A DNA stretch of 64,000 nucleotides from an uncultured Verrucomicrobiae bacterium (GCA_963758425.1 CAVWVV010000019.1:20129-84128); one strand, 5' to 3'; positions 47,113-58,403 are shown, numbered from the stretch's first letter. The notes: generated from the sequence alone by a model not told the origin. Translations and numbers: made by a program.

Positions 47113-48177
47113 ATGTCCGAGGCATGCCTTGAAAAGACAACCCATTCCGATTCGCAGCGGTATCGCGAGCCGTTACGGCAATCGCCTTATATCGCGACCA
47201 CGACTGAAGCGATCAAGAATTACAAAGAAAATTGGGCTGGCGTTTGGTTCAAGGAGAACGTCGACGCAAGTGACCCCGCTGGCAATTTCGCGTTCCAGCG
47301 GCTACGCCACACCTGGTTTACCCCTAGAATCGATCCTAAATTCAGACTCCGGCGCGATGACAAATTTTACGCTATCGGCTCATGTTTTGTGCGCGGCCTC
47401 GAAAACGCCCTGAAAATGCACAAGGTCGCTGTGGAAAGCGCCGCGCCGGAGCTTGCGAGGTTGCAACCAGCCAAGAAGGAAATATCCCCAATTGGATTTG
47501 CCAACAAGTACAACACCTATTCGATATTGAACGAACTGCGCTGGGCGCTTGATCCCCGCGCCGAATTCCCGCGAGAGTCTATTGTCCAATTGACAAAGAC
47601 AACCTGGGACGACCCACACACGACCCCCATCTTGGAGTTTGCCGATTTGGAGGAAACACTCGAACGTCGCGCGCTAATGCAAACAGTTACAAAGCGCATA
47701 AAGGAGTGTCGCGCCGTGATCGTCACCCTTGGGCTTGCGGAGGTGTGGCGCGACGTCAAGACGGATGTCTTCGTCAATCGAACTCCCATTCCATCTTTCT
47801 TAAAGACTGAACCAGACCGATACGAATTTCATCTTACTGGTTTCGCTCAAAACTTGGCCAATCTGGAGGCCATACACGCCTTGCTAACCCAGCACGGACA
47901 TCCCGATGTTCATATCGTCGTCACCGTCTCGCCAGTCGCTCTGATGAACACGTTTTCAACTATGGACATTGTCGTGGCAAACACTTGGGGAAAATCGATG
48001 TTAAGAGCGGTCGCCCATGAATGGGCTGGTATGCATTCCAATGTGGACTACTTCCCGAGTTACGAAATCGTGCACAACTCGGATCGGGCCGCAGTATGGG
48101 AGAGTGATCTAAGGCACGTCAAGGGCGCCGGTGCACAGCGCGTCATAGAATTATTTCTGCGGAACTATCTCGAGTAG
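47113..48177 (+). CDS. GSCFA-domain protein (SGNH/GDSL-like fold)
   Basis: The eponymous motif appears as FYAIGSCFVRGLE. Length is typical of GSCFA-family proteins. Confidence 0.65.
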   Translation: MSEACLEKTTHSDSQRYREPLRQSPYIATTTEAIKNYKENWAGVWFKENVDASDPAGNFAFQRLRHTWFTPRIDPKFRLRRDDKFYAIGSCFVRGLENALKMHKVAVESAAPELARLQPAKKEISPIGFANKYNTYSILNELRWALDPRAEFPRESIVQLTKTTWDDPHTTPILEFADLEETLERRALMQTVTKRIKECRAVIVTLGLAEVWRDVKTDVFVNRTPIPSFLKTEPDRYEFHLTGFAQNLANLEAIHALLTQHGHPDVHIVVTVSPVALMNTFSTMDIVVANTWGKSMLRAVAHEWAGMHSNVDYFPSYEIVHNSDRAAVWESDLRHVKGAGAQRVIELFLRNYLE

Positions 48178-48289
48178 AGTTTGCCTCGACTCGGTTTTCG
48201 CGCCCACCGGGTTTGCTTGTGGAGTGCCCCTTTGACGCGGCGTTATCTCGAAGTGTCCGCACAGATTATGTTACACTTAATGAGCGGTA

Positions 48290-50626
48290 GTGGCTGTTAA
48301 GCTGATGACTCAAGAGCAAGCCCACCACAGTCGTGCTTTGGACAGCTTTGCCGTTTTCGCGCTGGTGATTACGTTTATTCTTCGTTATGCGCACTTCTTA
48401 ACCGCGCACCAGCTCTTTGCGCCTTTTGTCGACAATGTCCATATGTACGGACCTATATTTTCGGAGGTTTCGCGGCTAGCGTTGGCCGGTGCTGTTCCCT
48501 ATTACCTGCCAGACATTGGGACGGGTTTTCCATTGTTTGAAAGCCCCCACTTTTCGATTCTCTATCCCTTTTATTTTTTTGGGCTAATTAACTATGGGGG
48601 GCCGCTGGCATCCCTCTACACGTTGACCTATTTAACGTTAGTCCATCTGTTCGTTTTTTACATCAACCTATATGTCCTACTGCGGTGCGCCGCCATTACG
48701 CCTTGGGCCTCTTACATTGGTGCATCCGTTGGGATGCTGGCCTGGAATATGTATCTCTACGCAAGTTGGATCACAATCATAGCTAGCTACGCATGGTTGC
48801 CGTTAGTGCTTGCTGGAGGCGTATTATTATTGCGATTCCCCGGCAAATCTTGCGGAATACTTGTCTTTTCCATCGCTGCCGGCCTGCTTGCGCTAGCCAG
48901 CGCTTCCCAGCCGCTAATTCATACCGCTCTGAGCTGTCTGATGCTATTTGGGACAGGCATTGGGTGGTTGTCTCTCCAGCGACGTTTCGCAGACCTCCGA
49001 CGCTTAACATGGTCCCTCGCGATATGTGCCGGCATCGTAATTGGACTCGCCGGGGCCGCGATGCTCCCAATGTACCTCGCCACCGGCGAGATGATCCGCC
49101 ACATCGGCGCTGGCGCGGCAGTGATCGGGCACGCCCACATTCCTTGGGAAAATTTCAACTTACATCAGCTGTCGTTGAGCCAGGCAATCGGCGTTGTAAT
49201 AAGGCCAACGTGGATTAACATCGTCGGTAGCCCTTACGTCGGCCCGCTCGGTGTCATTGGAACGTTCGTAACAGTGATTTACTTCCGGCGGCTTGCCCCT
49301 TTCTTGCGCATGTTGGTTTTAGCGTTTGGAATAGTTTCTCTTTATGGGCTGCTTTCAAGTTTCGGAACGAACCTGGGATTTGCGTACGTCAACTTTCATC
49401 TTCCTCTTATTAACCGGATCCGCGAGGCGGGACGGCATCTTATTCTCTTCGTAATTGGCGTTTCGTTCCTGAGCGGCTTGGGTTACAGCCTCCTTGCGCG
49501 AAACTTCCAACGGTACAAACAGACCCATCAGGTTGGCCCGCTTATTCTGCCGGCAATACTACTGCTAATCTTTAGCGGGATTATCTTGTGGGAGCTTTGT
49601 CAATATGGTTACAGGTGGTGGCCGGCACGATTTTTGATCGTCTGCCTGGCTCCGATCCTGTTCGCTCTTGGTCGCGCCTGTAAATTGCCAGGGTCCGGCA
49701 AAGTTGTTTCAGCCACGACACTCGTTTCGGCGGCTGCCATGGTTGTTCCGATATGGGGACTTCCGCTGTCGCGATCAGATTTCACGAAACCCGTTAATCT
49801 ACTTAGTCACCGTGTTATTGGGGATCTCGCAGGCAGGCTCAATGCAAACGGCTATCGGATGGATTTTCGCGACGCAATCTTTCCAAGCTCGTTTTGGGCA
49901 ATGAACGCGAGTTACTATGGAATAAAAAGCTTCTACAACCAGCTTACTCCACAGCCGTATGCGCAATTTCGTTTCATGCTTGCGGCAAATGTTCCACGCA
50001 TGCGTGCGATGATGGGCGCGCGTTATGTCCTGTGCGGGCCTGCTTTTTCGCCCACGGATGCGGGCGCAAAGCAGATTCTGGAGCTTGAAGGCTACCGACT
50101 ATACGAAAACGCCAATCCGATGGGGCGACTCACCCTGGTGCATCAGGTCGCAGGCTTCGACAACGGCGAGAGTGAATTCATAAAAATTATTACGAAGGGC
50201 TTCGACTACGTCTCCACGGCCTATGTGACAGCTGCCGAACTCGAGGCGGTCACAAGATTTTTAGGAAATTCCCCGCGCTTGGCGCGCGCAAGAGACCGTA
50301 TCGTAACGATAGTCGACCAACCCAATCGGAGTCATTCGACAGTGGTGTCTGCTTCGCCTTCGCTTCTGGTTTTGAACGAGTGGTTCACGCCAGCTTGGAA
50401 GGTTTGGGTAAACGGCACCAAACAACGGGCCCTGCGAGTAAACCAGTGGCAAACTGGCGTTATGCTGCCCGCTGGAAAAAACCGTGTCGAATTCGAATAT
50501 CGCCCCACGCTGTTTCGAGCCTTGATGGTCTTGAATCGAATTACGATCTTATTGCTTCTCCTTTTTGTGCTGTTCCAGGTTCTCCGAAGGCGCCGGTTAG
50601 GTATCGTTAGATTTCAGCCAGCGTGA
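48290..50626 (+). CDS. YfhO-like polytopic membrane protein (putative GT-C glycosyltransferase)
   Basis: More than 12 hydrophobic helices, then a C-terminal soluble domain ending WKVWVNGTKQRALRVNQWQTGVMLPAGKNRVEFEYRP plus a final TM helix. This is the YfhO-family layout. Confidence 0.6.
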   Translation: MAVKLMTQEQAHHSRALDSFAVFALVITFILRYAHFLTAHQLFAPFVDNVHMYGPIFSEVSRLALAGAVPYYLPDIGTGFPLFESPHFSILYPFYFFGLINYGGPLASLYTLTYLTLVHLFVFYINLYVLLRCAAITPWASYIGASVGMLAWNMYLYASWITIIASYAWLPLVLAGGVLLLRFPGKSCGILVFSIAAGLLALASASQPLIHTALSCLMLFGTGIGWLSLQRRFADLRRLTWSLAICAGIVIGLAGAAMLPMYLATGEMIRHIGAGAAVIGHAHIPWENFNLHQLSLSQAIGVVIRPTWINIVGSPYVGPLGVIGTFVTVIYFRRLAPFLRMLVLAFGIVSLYGLLSSFGTNLGFAYVNFHLPLINRIREAGRHLILFVIGVSFLSGLGYSLLARNFQRYKQTHQVGPLILPAILLLIFSGIILWELCQYGYRWWPARFLIVCLAPILFALGRACKLPGSGKVVSATTLVSAAAMVVPIWGLPLSRSDFTKPVNLLSHRVIGDLAGRLNANGYRMDFRDAIFPSSFWAMNASYYGIKSFYNQLTPQPYAQFRFMLAANVPRMRAMMGARYVLCGPAFSPTDAGAKQILELEGYRLYENANPMGRLTLVHQVAGFDNGESEFIKIITKGFDYVSTAYVTAAELEAVTRFLGNSPRLARARDRIVTIVDQPNRSHSTVVSASPSLLVLNEWFTPAWKVWVNGTKQRALRVNQWQTGVMLPAGKNRVEFEYRPTLFRALMVLNRITILLLLLFVLFQVLRRRRLGIVRFQPA

Positions 50627-50728
50627 TATAAATGATGAGGCTATCCGGCTCTACGCGGCGAGCTACAAACCAACCGTGTGCACCGGTTAAACGCGCACCA
50701 GAAATGACGGAGCTTAGCAAGGCACGAT

Positions 50729-53030
50729 CTATTCACAAAAAACACCGTGTCGAAGCTGCCTTGAGCCTCCAGCCTTGATGCCGTTCAATCTCGGAATGGC
50801 AAACACAGCGACCAGAGTGCTCCAACTAAGAAGAACGAGCGCGAAATACAGGTGCTGCGGATAATAAAATTGGACTGTATTCTCGCCCGCACGAACACGC
50901 ACCGCTCGAAAAATGAAGTTTCCGCCGAAGACTTCTACTGCGAATTCCGTTCACTTTGGCGTGCCAGCCAGCCGCCCATCGGTCAGTTACCAGTAGCCAG
51001 CCATCCGCGGGACAAGAAACTCTGAGCTTCAAATCGTTCGGGGTGTACTTAAGAACTTTCACTGGGATGTTCTGAGCCGGCGGCAAGCGAGAGATAGAGG
51101 CGAGTTGAGCTTTATCCGGGACTCCCCCCCAACCAATCCTACTATCTTTTACCATTTCCGAGGGAGGAAGCACCACCAGCACTGGCGCCCCCAACTGTTC
51201 GCTTCGATTTATAAGAGCTAAGTACGCGAGGTCCGAAGGAGCGGCAATCGTAGCATCTTTGCTAAACCAGGTTCTGTCGGCACCCAATCCCATATTCAGT
51301 AAAACGGGGTGCTGGGCAAACCAAATATGAAAGCGATTTTTCATAGTGCACTGATTGTAGAACGTCGCAATTCTGAGCGGGACATTCTGGTTTTGGTTCC
51401 CGCCACCGAAAAGGCTGGGAGTCTCCAACTCGCGCCGAAGACTGCTTAGCGTCAGTAGTGTCTTGTGGCCTGCATCCACGCGACCGAGCAATGCGCGCAC
51501 CTGGCGCCCGTCGGACATAAAATCTTGCGACAGGCGCAGCGTTAGAGCTGCGTCCAGGATGGCAACAACGGCAAATAAAACCGCGATCCATTTCCTTGTG
51601 CCCCAAAACAAAAGCAGTGACAGAGAAACTCCAACTGCTCCGAACCAAATACCAACCAGATGTAAATTGCTAAGACCAATCTGGTTTCCCAGATTGACGA
51701 CGTGAGACAAAGCACGCACGTAAACACCCACGGCAGCAATACTCGCTACCAATGAAACCAGCAGTAGGTGCCGCCATATTCGATTTTCTGGCTTCGAAAT
51801 TGCCGCATCAAGATCTCGTATAGCGAGCAGAGCGAGTACCATTGCCGAAAACATTGCGTAACCACGAAATATGCCTGGATGTGTGAAGTATCGCGACGGC
51901 GGAAAATAATCATAGAGCCAGCCACGAACAGGCAATCTGTCACCCACTGCGCACGCAAGGAAAAAAGCAATACTTCCAGCCAGCCACCACCTCCAGCCTG
52001 ATCGTGGCCGTTGCCAGAGCGCCAATAGACTTAAAATGAAAGGCAGAACGCCAATGTAAACGTCAGCGACCGAGATATCACTGCCCGGCCACAGTTTTGA
52101 ATTCCCAGGTAGCAACTTTAACGCAGTAAGATAAGGACTTGCAAATGTCGCAAACGCCCCGGGATTAAGAGCATTTTGCGTGGCAGCGGTTGCTGCCCGG
52201 CGCGTCATCGCTCCCGCTCTCTCAGTATAACCGAGGGCCTCCTTGAAGAATGCCAGATAGGTTGGGGCGAGAATTGCTAAGCCGACAAGAAGAACCACTA
52301 GCAGCGCTAAAAAGGTAAACCTGAATCGGTATAGAGTCGGTCGTCCATAGATCAACAGCGTATCGCCGTTGCCGCTGCAGCAGCACCGACCCAAGCCCCA
52401 TAAGAACAACATTCCTCCGCTCAGAATCACGATAGCTGGATAACCACCCAACGCGGATAATCCCCAGAGGGCTCCCGCCTCCGCAGCTGGTCTGAGGCGA
52501 AGCGATGTGAGCGCCACGTCCAACCGCCAAATAAACCAAGGCACGAACGAGAAAGAATAGAGAATAGTTGTGTGTTCAGCATGCGCCGTATAGAAGCCGC
52601 AAAAAGCAAATCCCAAGGCAACTATGAAAGCGCCCCATGGAGGAACACCGAGGTGGCGTGCTAACAGGAGCAGTCCCAGCGGTCCCAACATCCAGATCAA
52701 AAGCCAGTAAGCCCGAAAAGCTCCGGTAGTTCCGCCCCCTATTAAACCCACAATTATTGCAACGGGAGAAGCAGCTGCCACTTGTGGATCAGCAAAATCT
52801 GGTGTGCCGGCTGCCAGCCAGGGATTCCATAGAAGCAACTCTCCCTTACGAGCGTGATCAGCAACGAGCATGAATGCCGGGGTATAAAACGAACAAGCAT
52901 CCCAGGTCTGAACTCTCGCTCCGCTTAGTAATTCTCGATTGTTGATCAGGAAAACGGCGACCAACAACAACGCCGCTAAGAGCCAGGCAGAGATTTTCAA
53001 CGGTTTGGAATTCAAGGGTTGTTGTTCCAT
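50729..53030 (-). pseudogene. second YfhO-like membrane protein with a C-terminal 1-nt frameshift near 50945
   Basis: ORF 50826..53030 ends ...WHAKVNG and then becomes Arg/Ser-rich. The expected family ending (EFAVEVFGGNFIFRAVRVRAGENTVQFYYPQHLYFALVLLSW...) is in another frame and stops at 50729. Confidence 0.6.
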
Positions 53031-53324
53031 CTCTTTTTGATGTCACTGTTTTGGCAAACAGTGGTCCTTCCGTACCTTTACGTGTTGACCAATTCGTCGG
53101 CGTTCGCTGTTGGAATCCCTGCGTATGTTATCAGGATGAGCTGTGCCAACCAACACAATCTCAGTGGAGCCACCAACCATAGGCAACAGGGTGCGGCTTT
53201 CTGCCAACCATGAGACTGGATCCGTATTGATAATCATTGCTGTGCGGTTTCGTGTTTTACAATTCTCGCGATGACCAAAAACGGCGGATACAGATGCATG
53301 GCGAACTTTGAGCAAGTCCTTGCT

Positions 53325-54068
53325 TTAACTTTTTCGGGCCACTGCGAACGCAGAGACACCGAATGGAAAATTCAAATACCGCAGGAAAAAGCGTTCTCCG
53401 CTAAAAAGGGTGAATAGCACGGCGTTTGATGGCTTGCGAACATAGGCGAAGTCTCCCTCGGCTTCGTATGGTTGACCTCTATAGCGCGCAATCAACCGAA
53501 CTACGGCGATCGGCAGAAATAGGAACGTGTTGAAGTACGTCATGCGCTCAATCGTAAAATGGGCGGCCTCCAATTTCCGTCTGAGCTCAGTCAGCGTGTA
53601 ACGCCTGCAATGTTGATTTACGATGTCCTGCTGTCCCCACAACCACATATAGGCCGGAACGGCCAACACGATTCGACCGCCGTGTCGCAGTTTTCGGTTT
53701 ACGATCTGGAGTGCGCGTGCGTCATCTTCAATATGTTCGAGCACGTCAAACATTGTAACGCCATCATAACATCCGTCCTGGATTTCCGATGGAAGCCGAT
53801 CGATCGACGCTTGGAAAACCCGTGCCGGACCCCGTTTTGCTGCCAATCTGGCAAGCTCCTCATCTGGCTCAATGCCTTCGAGGCGAGCATCCAGCGGGTA
53901 CACTTCGAGAAGATTGTGCCCAGGTCCGACACCAATTTCTAAAATTCTCGGCTGCTGCGGCCATTCAAGAGGCGTAAGCAGATCTCGCAGTATCGCCCGG
54001 CGCGCCCGAAACCACCAATGCTCTCCTTCAAGCAGTGCATAGTGCTGGGCGTAACTCCTTTCCATCAA
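53325..54068 (-). CDS. class I SAM-dependent methyltransferase
   Basis: RILEIGVGPGHNL (motif I), YDGVTMFDVLEHIED, LRHGGRIVLAVP. Confidence 0.8.
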   Translation of the reverse strand: MMERSYAQHYALLEGEHWWFRARRAILRDLLTPLEWPQQPRILEIGVGPGHNLLEVYPLDARLEGIEPDEELARLAAKRGPARVFQASIDRLPSEIQDGCYDGVTMFDVLEHIEDDARALQIVNRKLRHGGRIVLAVPAYMWLWGQQDIVNQHCRRYTLTELRRKLEAAHFTIERMTYFNTFLFLPIAVVRLIARYRGQPYEAEGDFAYVRKPSNAVLFTLFSGERFFLRYLNFPFGVSAFAVARKS

Positions 54069-54142
54069 ACCGTTATCCTATGCCAGTTGCCAATACCCCA
54101 CTGGCACAATTGACCAAGATCGTGACTCTGCGATGATCTGCA

Positions 54143-54889
54143 TTGAATACAATGGTCGAAGCGCCCGTCGAGTTTTCCATTGCGGTCCTTTGTTATCGTG
54201 CGGAAGAAAAAATCATTCCATTTATAGAGAATCTTCACAAGATAATGTCGCTGTTTCGCTTTGAATGGGAATTGCTTCTGGTGGCAAATTTCTGGCCAGG
54301 CACGGATGATCGGACGCCTGAAATCTGCCAGCGACTTGCTGAACGGTTGCCTTTTGTTCGCGTGCTGGCTGAGCCGAAAGAAGGGGCAATGGGATGGGAC
54401 ATGCGCCGCGGACTCGACGCTTGTCGCGGCAAGTATATCGGAGTAATTGACGGCGACGGCCAGTTTCCGGTCGAAGCGATATTCTCCTGCTTCGCGAAGA
54501 TAAAAAGCGACGATTTCGACCTTGTAAAGACATATCGAGTTCAACGCCAGGACAGCTTTTATCGGAGATTTATTTCGAGGGTTTACAACCTGCTCTTTCA
54601 TCTTTTCTTTCGCGGCTCCAGCAAGCTTCGAGATATGAACTCAAAGCCGAAGATCATGACACGCGAAGCGTACGAACGGATGACGCTGCAGTCTGACGAC
54701 TGGTTTATTGATGCGGAGCTGATCTTAAACAGCGTCAATCTGAACCTCCGCATTTATGAGATTCCAGTTGAATTCCAATCTCTGGAAACCCGAAAATCGT
54801 TCGTGAAGCCGGGCGCAATTTTAGAATTCCTCAAGCACATGATTGAGTATCGGTTCGGTTCACGTTCGCCAACCGGAAACAGCAAATGA
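54143..54889 (+). CDS. family 2 glycosyltransferase (polyprenyl-phosphate sugar synthase-like)
   Basis: FSIAVLCYRAEEKI, YIGVIDGDGQFP (DxD region). The start may be the ATG at 54152. Confidence 0.8.
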   Translation: MNTMVEAPVEFSIAVLCYRAEEKIIPFIENLHKIMSLFRFEWELLLVANFWPGTDDRTPEICQRLAERLPFVRVLAEPKEGAMGWDMRRGLDACRGKYIGVIDGDGQFPVEAIFSCFAKIKSDDFDLVKTYRVQRQDSFYRRFISRVYNLLFHLFFRGSSKLRDMNSKPKIMTREAYERMTLQSDDWFIDAELILNSVNLNLRIYEIPVEFQSLETRKSFVKPGAILEFLKHMIEYRFGSRSPTGNSK

Positions 54890-55779
54890 TTGAAACCGTC
54901 TTTGTCACCGGTGGCAGCTCAACATTAGGTCAACATGTCCTGTGCAGGTTGATGTCGCACTTCCACGTGCTCGCAGTGGTGCACCGGCACAAGGTTGAAA
55001 TTCCGGATGCCGAAATTGAACTGTTGCATGGAGGACTGGAAGAGACTGTTCGCGACCCGCGGGCATTGCAGAGAGCACAGGTGGTCCTGCATATGGCTGC
55101 GGTCACACATGCAGAAGATCCGGCCGAATACTTTCACGTGAACGCGGAGTTAACCAAACAATTGGTGTCGGCCTGCAGCGCGTCGCAGCATTTTATATAT
55201 GTCAGCACAATCTGCGCGCACCCTGATGGCGGCGCCTATGGGCGCTCCAAATGGCTTGCCGAAGAAGCAATCCGCGGCAGTCGGTTGGATTATACCATTA
55301 TCCGGCCGTCGGAGATCTATGGTTCCGGGGATGGCGAGGGAATCGATGCGCTCATTGCAGTTGCGCGAAAAGTCCGCATCCTGCCGGACTTTCGGTATAG
55401 AGGGTCAATTAAGTATGCGCCGATCAGCACGCAGGAAGCCGCGCACTTTATTGCGGAGGCAGCAATTTATCGCCGTGAGGCGGGACAAACTTACACTCTT
55501 TGCGCTGATCATTTATGCACCGCCCCCGAGATGGCTCGAGCGCTCCGCAGCTCCGTGCGTCCTCTCTTTGTGATACCTGTGCCAATCATGATGCTTCGTG
55601 CGGCGAAGGCGCTTCGATTACCTATGCCATTCAAGCGCGATCAAATCGATCGACTCGTTCTACCAAAAGCGTACGACAGCACGCTGGCACGCCGCGATTA
55701 CGATTTTCAGCCTCAGTCCTTCATCGATTATCTGACCGGGAGCGGGAAAATCATGGCTCGCGCGGGTCCCGGGCGATGA
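54886..55779 (+). CDS. NAD(P)-dependent epimerase/dehydratase-family protein
   Basis: VFVTGGSSTLGQHV (Rossmann motif), YGRSKWLAEE (YxxxK). ATGA overlap with the GT2 gene. Confidence 0.75.
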   Translation: MIETVFVTGGSSTLGQHVLCRLMSHFHVLAVVHRHKVEIPDAEIELLHGGLEETVRDPRALQRAQVVLHMAAVTHAEDPAEYFHVNAELTKQLVSACSASQHFIYVSTICAHPDGGAYGRSKWLAEEAIRGSRLDYTIIRPSEIYGSGDGEGIDALIAVARKVRILPDFRYRGSIKYAPISTQEAAHFIAEAAIYRREAGQTYTLCADHLCTAPEMARALRSSVRPLFVIPVPIMMLRAAKALRLPMPFKRDQIDRLVLPKAYDSTLARRDYDFQPQSFIDYLTGSGKIMARAGPGR

Positions 55780-56386
55780 GGGCTTGAATCGTATAGCGAA
55801 ACAAATAGACCGGCCGGCGAATATGCTCTTCTACGGTCGCAAAATACTCCGATAGCAAGGCTCGCCATGCCTGATCGGTTTTTATGTTTCCACCGCGATC
55901 AAGCCGCATGAACATCCTCCCCACCCAATCATCGTTCGCGCTGAAGCAAGGCTCGTAGAAGATGAAACGACCACTGGGACGTAGACAGGCTCGTGCCATG
56001 CCCAATATTTCGTCAATCTGTTGGTCGGTAAGGTGATGGAGCACTCCCAGCGAAAGAAACGCGTCGGCATCCTGCGCCAACTCCCGAACTTGTGGGCTGC
56101 TTGCATCTCCGCAGAAGAATTCTCCACGGCTCCCATATCGTGACTGCGCCACGCGAATGTACTCCGGGTTAGGATCAAATCCGAAGTAATTCACCAAAGG
56201 CAGGAACTCGAGCGCTCCACCTGTGCCGCAACCTGCATCCACAACCTTCTCGTCGGAGCGGAAAGCGACATGCGTTCTAACAAAAGCTGCGCGGTCCCGG
56301 CCACCGCCCACCAATCGCTGCACCAGGTTGTAAAACCGCGGCAACCGCAACGGGGCATAGACCGTATCGCGAGAGAAAGTCGCCAT
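55751..56386 (-). CDS. class I SAM-dependent methyltransferase
   Basis: VVDAGCGTGGALEFL (motif I), ADAFLSLGVLHHLTD, LRPSGRFIFYEP. Confidence 0.75.
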   Translation of the reverse strand: MATFSRDTVYAPLRLPRFYNLVQRLVGGGRDRAAFVRTHVAFRSDEKVVDAGCGTGGALEFLPLVNYFGFDPNPEYIRVAQSRYGSRGEFFCGDASSPQVRELAQDADAFLSLGVLHHLTDQQIDEILGMARACLRPSGRFIFYEPCFSANDDWVGRMFMRLDRGGNIKTDQAWRALLSEYFATVEEHIRRPVYLFRYTIQALIARDPREP

Positions 56387-56786
56387 TCTGTTAGAACTGT
56401 AAGTAACTTCTGGATGGCCAAGTGGGCAAATTCAAACCTGCCGGCGAGAGACCTGCTGCAGACAACTCTCCGCGGGCTGCCAGCACTCTTCGGCCGGAAC
56501 AAACCCGTGGCTATGCGATCATGCTTCGATTCAGTGTCATCGAAAAGCGAAGCAGCGAGCGGCCAACGCCGCAAAGTCTGAAAGCCCAGAGAGTTTTGAC
56601 GATGCTCTAATCGACAACGTCAGCTGGCATTGCATTTTGGAAGGGGCTGACCGGTGTTGACGCTTCCAAGTGACCCACCACCACAGAGTAGTAGAATGAA
56701 AGTGAGTTTAGTTTTGCACTGTGTGCGATCCTTCTTCATAAACTCCAAAGCGACTATCTTATGCAGGAAGCCAGCGCTTAACGCGA

Positions 56787-58403
56787 TTGCAATTTCGTGA
56801 CAATCGCATGATCCCTTCTTTAACTTCGCGTTGTATGGAGAGCCCAGAGACACAGCGGGCGTATCGGCCCACCGTAATTGATGTGATTTGCGTAGCCGCT
56901 CTCATCGGTTACTTCGTCTACTTTGCCCTTCCGGCGCTGCGCGGGGGTTTTCGTGAGGACGAGATGATGAATATGGGGATCTGCCGGTCTGCCGGGGCGC
57001 TAAAATCGCTCCTGGCAAACATCGCATTTTGGAAGTTATTTCTTTGTCCCGGAGGCGCTCTCTATGATCTGCCGCTCTACCTTTATCGCCCGGGCGGCGC
57101 TCTTTACTATCTGCCACTTTATCACTTCTTTGACCTGGATCCTTTGCCTTATCGAATTGTCCAGATCAGCATTCTCGTTGCTTCCATTCCCCTGATCTAT
57201 TACTTGAGCCGGCGTCTCACCTCCTCGCGCTCGATCGCTTTTCTCGCTGTCCTCGCTCTCTGTTATCACCCGCGACTTTTCGGTCTTGTGTTCGTCGGTG
57301 CGTTTATTTATGACGTGTTATGTGGATTCTTTTACTTCGCGGCATTGGCCTACTATGTGAATATCCGCGAGGACGGGGCCTCTTTGCGGCCGCTGCAATT
57401 GCTGGGATTTCTGGCCCTTTATGTTATGGCGCTAAACTGCAAGGAAATGGCAGTTACGCTTCCAGTGATCGTCCTAATTTATGAGTTTCTCAAATCTCCC
57501 GACTGGACGGACTGGAAAGCGTTCCTGCGCTGGATCCGGACTTATGCCGCTCCATCTTTGATTGCTGGATTACTCACAGTTTTTTATATCTACGGGAAAA
57601 CTCACGGTAGCGGCTCGTTGGCAAGTTTAGATCCTTATCGGCCCAAATATTCATGGCATAACTTCACAGCTTCCAATGCCAGTTTTGTTGGTCAATTGTT
57701 GTTTGCAGGGCATACAATCACGCCAATCGCGCTGCTACTCTTGTGGGCGCTGATTTTCATTTACGCCTTTGTGCGTCGGGACCGCACACTTCAGCTCATG
57801 GCGTTCTGGATAGTGATCGTGCCCCTTCCTGTGGCGTTTATCGTCCCCATGCGCGGCGATGCATCTCTTTATCTTCTGCTGTTCGGATGGGCAATGATCT
57901 TTGCAAAGGTTACGTTTGATTTCCTCACTCTGATTTCGAAATTCTCGGTATTCATTGGCAACCGTGCGCTGCCTGCAGCAACAGGCGCAATCATAGGGGA
58001 TGCTTCCAGGAAAATATCTCTTCGGGTTTTCCGGATCGTCGCGACGCTTTTAGTGGCTTTCGCTCTCGCAGCCTTTACGCAGCGAGAGAATCAGCGGCTT
58101 CGAGTGCCATGGGTCGATGTAGGGTCAAAAACCTCCCATGTAATCCAGGCGTTCCGTTCCCTGGGTTTGCGTCCACTACATGGCAGCAGCGTTCTCCTTT
58201 TGCTGAAGGAAAATATCTTCCAAAACAAGTGGAATGTTTTTTTTATAGCCTCTCTGGTCTGGAACGATCATTCCCTGCGTATTTGGGTCGAAAATGTAAA
58301 TGAACTCACTTCGCAGCAGCAGGCGAGCGTCGATTACATCATTTCAGTCAGTGAATTCGACGCAGATGTCATCCGTTCGCCAGAGCTTCCAAAGTCGGAC
58401 TGA
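56787..58403 (+). CDS. polytopic membrane protein, probable GT-C-type glycosyltransferase
   Basis: More than 10 hydrophobic helices. There is an acidic first-loop motif (FREDEMMNMG) where GT-C enzymes carry their DE/DD motif. The start is uncertain: TTG 56787, ATG 56808 or ATG 56835. Confidence 0.5.
   Translation: MQFRDNRMIPSLTSRCMESPETQRAYRPTVIDVICVAALIGYFVYFALPALRGGFREDEMMNMGICRSAGALKSLLANIAFWKLFLCPGGALYDLPLYLYRPGGALYYLPLYHFFDLDPLPYRIVQISILVASIPLIYYLSRRLTSSRSIAFLAVLALCYHPRLFGLVFVGAFIYDVLCGFFYFAALAYYVNIREDGASLRPLQLLGFLALYVMALNCKEMAVTLPVIVLIYEFLKSPDWTDWKAFLRWIRTYAAPSLIAGLLTVFYIYGKTHGSGSLASLDPYRPKYSWHNFTASNASFVGQLLFAGHTITPIALLLLWALIFIYAFVRRDRTLQLMAFWIVIVPLPVAFIVPMRGDASLYLLLFGWAMIFAKVTFDFLTLISKFSVFIGNRALPAATGAIIGDASRKISLRVFRIVATLLVAFALAAFTQRENQRLRVPWVDVGSKTSHVIQAFRSLGLRPLHGSSVLLLLKENIFQNKWNVFFIASLVWNDHSLRIWVENVNELTSQQQASVDYIISVSEFDADVIRSPELPKSD

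Noticed and set aside
53043-53315. 90-aa minus-strand ORF between the YfhO-like gene and the methyltransferase
   Set aside because: It has no motif and no convincing ribosome-binding site, and its composition is unremarkable. I cannot support it as a gene from sequence alone.
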